A stretch of DNA of 64,000 nt from Oligoflexales bacterium. Its GTDB lineage: Bacteria > Bdellovibrionota_B > Oligoflexia > Oligoflexales > Bog-1112. The stretch is from positions 1 to 64,000 of the forward strand of contig JBGCEP010000030.1 in assembly GCA_045106415.1 (NCBI GenBank), given 5' to 3'. Each line of letters starts with the position of its first letter. Within the stretch, counting starts at the first letter, position 1. Both the position numbers and the translations under genes were made by a program. Positions 60,533 to 64,000 of the stretch are shown here, in pieces. The notes beneath the pieces are model-generated. The model was given only the letters and a program-made list of their open reading frames with translations. It had not been told where the DNA came from and made no database searches.

Positions 60533-62836
60533 TTACTGGATAAGTTGCCTAAGTCGTTCTTTGGCAAGATTTGAATAAAAAAGACTGTCGCCATCCTGGC
60601 TCGCTTCTGTAAGAGCTTTCATAGCTTCTTCTCGACGACCTGATTTATAAAGAAGGAGTCCTCCTTTATAGAGAGCTTCTGCTCGCCCTCCCCAATCCAC
60701 ACTCTCTCTAGCTGTAAAAGCATAAAGACGACCCGCTTTTAGCAGCTGATCAGCATGCCGATATTCTTCAGCAAGAGATATTAACTCTTCTGCCCAAACA
60801 TCTTTTATTTGTTGATCTTCACTAAGATCAGCTGGCTTGAATTTCTTAAATAAAAGGATGGTTCTTCTGCGTTCTGAGTCCAAACCAAGTTTTTGAAACT
60901 TCATTCTTAATTGTACCAGCATTCTCATTTTTTCAAGAGTAGGAGAATACTGTTCTCTCCATTTAGAGTCAGATTGATTCACTTTAGAGTGAAGCGCATC
61001 TTCCCAAGTTTCTAGTATAATTTTAGAAGGTATTGTCAAAATATCTGTGTTCATCATTGAGTCAACAAAATAATTTTGGTACGACAAACGAACATGATGT
61101 TTTTGTTCTTCTGTCATAGAAGACCAAATTCTTTTTAAAGATTGATCAGATTTTTTTTCAAGACTTCCATTTTGAGATCTCGCCGCAGCTTCAGCTAACC
61201 AAAAATAAGATTTAAATTTTAAATTTACGTTTTTTGATTTTTTTGAAATTTCATAAAATTTTTGCGCAGCGTCATCTTGGCCTAATTTACGGTAAGATTC
61301 AGCCACAGACCACGCTACTAGTGGGTTTTTCTTCACTTCCACAAAAAGATTAGGAATATTTTCCCACGACTCAATCACACCAATAAAATCTTCATCAGCA
61401 CCCATCTGAATAAGATCTTTCTGGACTCTTTTAGAAATTTTCTTTAGAAGGAAAGCGACCCATGGATCTCTATCATGTTGGTATCTTTTCACCCATTCTT
61501 TTGCAAGATGACTTACACTAGAGTCCCATTTTCTTTTTAAAGACTCATGCAAAATTAAAGACAAAGAAAGAAAAGTACTTCTTCGACTTTCTACATTTTT
61601 CCAAGTTTTTATCAGATTTTTTAAACTTAATTTTGCAACTTTTGGAAACTTATCAACATGGCTATTCATTTGATTTGGTGATGTCCACCATATTTTTCTC
61701 AATTCTTTTTGAGCTCGCATCTCATAATCATTTTTTCCAAAATGAAGATTTTCTAAATCTGCCACTAATGTTTGGAGCTTTGCATTGTTTGAGCTTCTTA
61801 CAGCCTGAATTGCTTGAATATCTAAATGTCTAAGCTGAGCCATACTGGCATAGATTTTACCTGGAAACCTCTCGGAGATAGCATCATAATAACCTTGCGC
61901 AAGAGTTAAATTACCTTGACCAAAATGTGTTTCTGCAAATGCCCAGAGATGAAGAGGTTCTTTAGAAAAAATTGAAGAATCATGAAACAATACTTGTTGA
62001 TATGCAACAAAAGCTCTGTTTTCATGACCAAAACTAAATAATTGCAAAGCATAATCAGCCATCGCTGAATAATCTTTCACCGCACTCATCTGTGCTTTTT
62101 TCTCCCAATCTTCACTTGGTTTTTTTCCATGAAGAGCAGAAACCTGCATAGGGAAAATATATTTAGGATATGTGGACCATGCTGGGCCTCTTCCTTTTGA
62201 GGATTTTTTCATAGCAACAGCCAACTCTTTTGACTGTTTTAATTTTTTAGGAGCTGGCTGTAACAAACGTCTTTTGGGGCCATTTGATGTTTGCGATAGA
62301 TCCTGATGAGAAGTCCCTGTTTTCATCTGCATACGACTACGTTTAGTCGCTCGATTTGTTTGCTGGGAAATTGAGTTTAAAGATGTTGCTGATACTGTTG
62401 CATCAGCATGGAATCTTTTTGCTGAGATCTGGGTTCGCCATTGCATAGGTGGCAAAGGTAAGCCTGTAATTGGATCTGTTTGCTTCTGATATTGATCATC
62501 AAAGAGTTCAATTGAAATACGGGGTGGATTTTTATATTCAGAGACTGTTGCTCTGACCTGAGCATCTCTAAAGGCAATTTTTAAGGTTACTAAAGATCCT
62601 GGAGATTCTTTTACAATAATTCTACGTATCAGCGTTTCATCATAGTGTTCTAAAGCTTTAAGCTCTTCAGAGTGAGTTCCTTCAATTTCTAAGATAAGAG
62701 TTTTTGATGCTTCCTGCATGGAGACATGTAAAGGTCTTGGCTCTGAGAGGTGAAAAACTAATTCACTATAACGACCAGCACAAAAACCAGCACTGCTCAT
62801 TAAAAGAATGATCATCATTAAAAGTGTTCTCAGCAC
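60533..62836 (-). CDS. Exported protein with an AMIN-like N-terminal domain and TPR repeats
   Basis: Signal peptide, beta-rich domain ending NPPRISIELFD, TPR-like helices; GTG start at 62836 after GGAGAG. Confidence 0.7.
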   Translation of the reverse strand: MLRTLLMMIILLMSSAGFCAGRYSELVFHLSEPRPLHVSMQEASKTLILEIEGTHSEELKALEHYDETLIRRIIVKESPGSLVTLKIAFRDAQVRATVSEYKNPPRISIELFDDQYQKQTDPITGLPLPPMQWRTQISAKRFHADATVSATSLNSISQQTNRATKRSRMQMKTGTSHQDLSQTSNGPKRRLLQPAPKKLKQSKELAVAMKKSSKGRGPAWSTYPKYIFPMQVSALHGKKPSEDWEKKAQMSAVKDYSAMADYALQLFSFGHENRAFVAYQQVLFHDSSIFSKEPLHLWAFAETHFGQGNLTLAQGYYDAISERFPGKIYASMAQLRHLDIQAIQAVRSSNNAKLQTLVADLENLHFGKNDYEMRAQKELRKIWWTSPNQMNSHVDKFPKVAKLSLKNLIKTWKNVESRRSTFLSLSLILHESLKRKWDSSVSHLAKEWVKRYQHDRDPWVAFLLKKISKRVQKDLIQMGADEDFIGVIESWENIPNLFVEVKKNPLVAWSVAESYRKLGQDDAAQKFYEISKKSKNVNLKFKSYFWLAEAAARSQNGSLEKKSDQSLKRIWSSMTEEQKHHVRLSYQNYFVDSMMNTDILTIPSKIILETWEDALHSKVNQSDSKWREQYSPTLEKMRMLVQLRMKFQKLGLDSERRRTILLFKKFKPADLSEDQQIKDVWAEELISLAEEYRHADQLLKAGRLYAFTARESVDWGGRAEALYKGGLLLYKSGRREEAMKALTEASQDGDSLFYSNLAKERLRQLIQ

Positions 62837-62867
62837 AATCTCTCTCCAAGGTGTATCCATTGTATTG

Positions 62868-62883
62868 AGCAAATACCGTGCCA
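62868..62883 (-). promoter_or_regulatory. sigma54 (-24/-12) promoter of the flagellar operon
   Basis: TGGCAC-GGTAT-TTGCT is an exact match to TGGCAC-N5-TTGC. Confidence 0.85.
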
Positions 62884-62912
62884 GTTTTCAAACCGTTGCT
62901 ATAAAGGCCTTG

Positions 62913-62999
62913 GACATTTTTTTGACATGAATTTGGCATAGGCACGTCAATGAGATGACGAATGCGCCAATTTATCGTCAGAGGAGTCGGCATGATGAC
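62913..62999. promoter_or_regulatory. Three GTCA-N6-TGAC-type activator boxes
   Basis: GACAttttttTGAC (62913), cGTCAatgagaTGACg (62945), GTCGgcatgaTGAC (62986). Confidence 0.6.
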
Positions 63000-63074
63000 A
63001 GTTTCTAATGATTCTTCTTATGAAGCGTGTCTATAATAAGGCGACTGACCCTTGATCACGACAAAGGAGCTGCT

Positions 63075-64000
63075 ATGCAGTGGACTGATAAAAAAATAGC
63101 CATCCTTGGGGATATGATTCTCGATGAATATATTGACGGTGTTGTCACCCGCATCTCTCCTGAGGCTCCTGTCCCAATTCATAAAGCTGGTCAATCTTGG
63201 GTCCGCCCTGGTGGTGCATGCAATGCTGCAGCCAATATTCAATCTTTAGGGGGCCAAGCAATCATGGTTGGCCTGTGTGGCCATGATGCAACAGGCTCTC
63301 AACTACTCGAAGCTCTCGAAAAACTCGATGTTAATACCACTTATATCTCCAGACACCCTATTCAAACCGTCAAAAAAACACGTATCACATGCAAACACCA
63401 ACAGCTTCTCCGTATTGATTGGGAAGAACCTCTTTCTCCAACCGAAGAACAACAGGATCAGCTCCTCACAGCACTTCACTCTTGTCATCCTGACGCCATT
63501 CTGTTGAGTGATTATGGAAAAGGCTTGCTCGGCGCGCCCTTTGTTCAAAAAGTCATTCAATTAGCAAAAGATTTGAACATTCCATGTATTATCGATCCCA
63601 AAGGAAAAGATTTTTCTAAATACCAAGGATGTGACCTCATCACCCCAAACCGCAGCGAAGCACTTGAAGCCACAAACTTATCTCCTCAGACAAAGCCAGC
63701 CGAGATTGCACAGCACATCCAACAAAAACACCATATTAAACACGTCATGGTGACTCTCAGCGCAGAAGGCATTGCTCTACTGCAAAATGACGGTGTTTTT
63801 CTCCATCAGCGCCCTAAAGCTCGTGAAGTATTTGATGTTTCTGGGGCTGGTGACACTGTCGCTGCGGTTATGAGTCTGTCAATGGCAGCTGACTTGTCAT
63901 TAAAGTCTGGTATGGAATATGCAAACTTGGCCGCCGGGTTAGCTGTTGAAAAATGGGGTACACAGTGTGTCTATTACAACGAGCTGGCAGACTTCAAAAC
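63075..64000 (+). CDS. hldE: D-glycero-beta-D-manno-heptose-7-phosphate kinase (HldE/RfaE), truncated by the window end
   Basis: Own translation: AILGDMILDEY..G..TRISPEAPVP, PGGACNAA.N, LSDYGKG, DPKG, TPN..EA, DVSGAGDT; AAGGAG RBS; not in the ORF track because no stop is reached. Confidence 0.93.
   Translation, partial: MQWTDKKIAILGDMILDEYIDGVVTRISPEAPVPIHKAGQSWVRPGGACNAAANIQSLGGQAIMVGLCGHDATGSQLLEALEKLDVNTTYISRHPIQTVKKTRITCKHQQLLRIDWEEPLSPTEEQQDQLLTALHSCHPDAILLSDYGKGLLGAPFVQKVIQLAKDLNIPCIIDPKGKDFSKYQGCDLITPNRSEALEATNLSPQTKPAEIAQHIQQKHHIKHVMVTLSAEGIALLQNDGVFLHQRPKAREVFDVSGAGDTVAAVMSLSMAADLSLKSGMEYANLAAGLAVEKWGTQCVYYNELADFK

Overview
A roughly 40% GC bacterial chromosome segment, mostly core genome. 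Gene content (mglA next to dnaX, bactofilin, a CglB-like vWA lipoprotein, PrkA-YeaH-SpoVR, a sigma54-driven flagellar operon) suggests a Bdellovibrionota/Oligoflexia-like or deltaproteobacterial organism; this is an inference. It holds rRNA methyltransferases, a globin, ald, lysC, mglA, dnaX, SRP RNA, an S1 protein, tRNA-Ser(GGA), ggt, the 2-oxoglutarate dehydrogenase genes, rplM-rpsI, asnS, three GT4 glycosyltransferases, putP, prkA-yeaH-spoVR, frameshifted prfB, flbD-motAB, an MCP, fmt, flgBC-fliEFHIJ and a partial hldE. I saw no IS, prophage, integron or CRISPR array. The most notable observations are: an A10 slippage site in dnaX with stops close by in both shifted frames (predicted gamma subunit); an MglA with its catalytic residues replaced; a lipoprotein with a degenerate ADP-ribosyltransferase-toxin-like domain; and a globin with a long disordered tail behind a sigma28-like promoter. 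The flagellar locus lacks fliG, has an extended FliH, carries two large TPR proteins (one with PflA-like AMIN+TPR architecture), and has a perfect sigma54 promoter with three FleQ-like boxes. All family calls come from motif recognition by eye, not from database searches.
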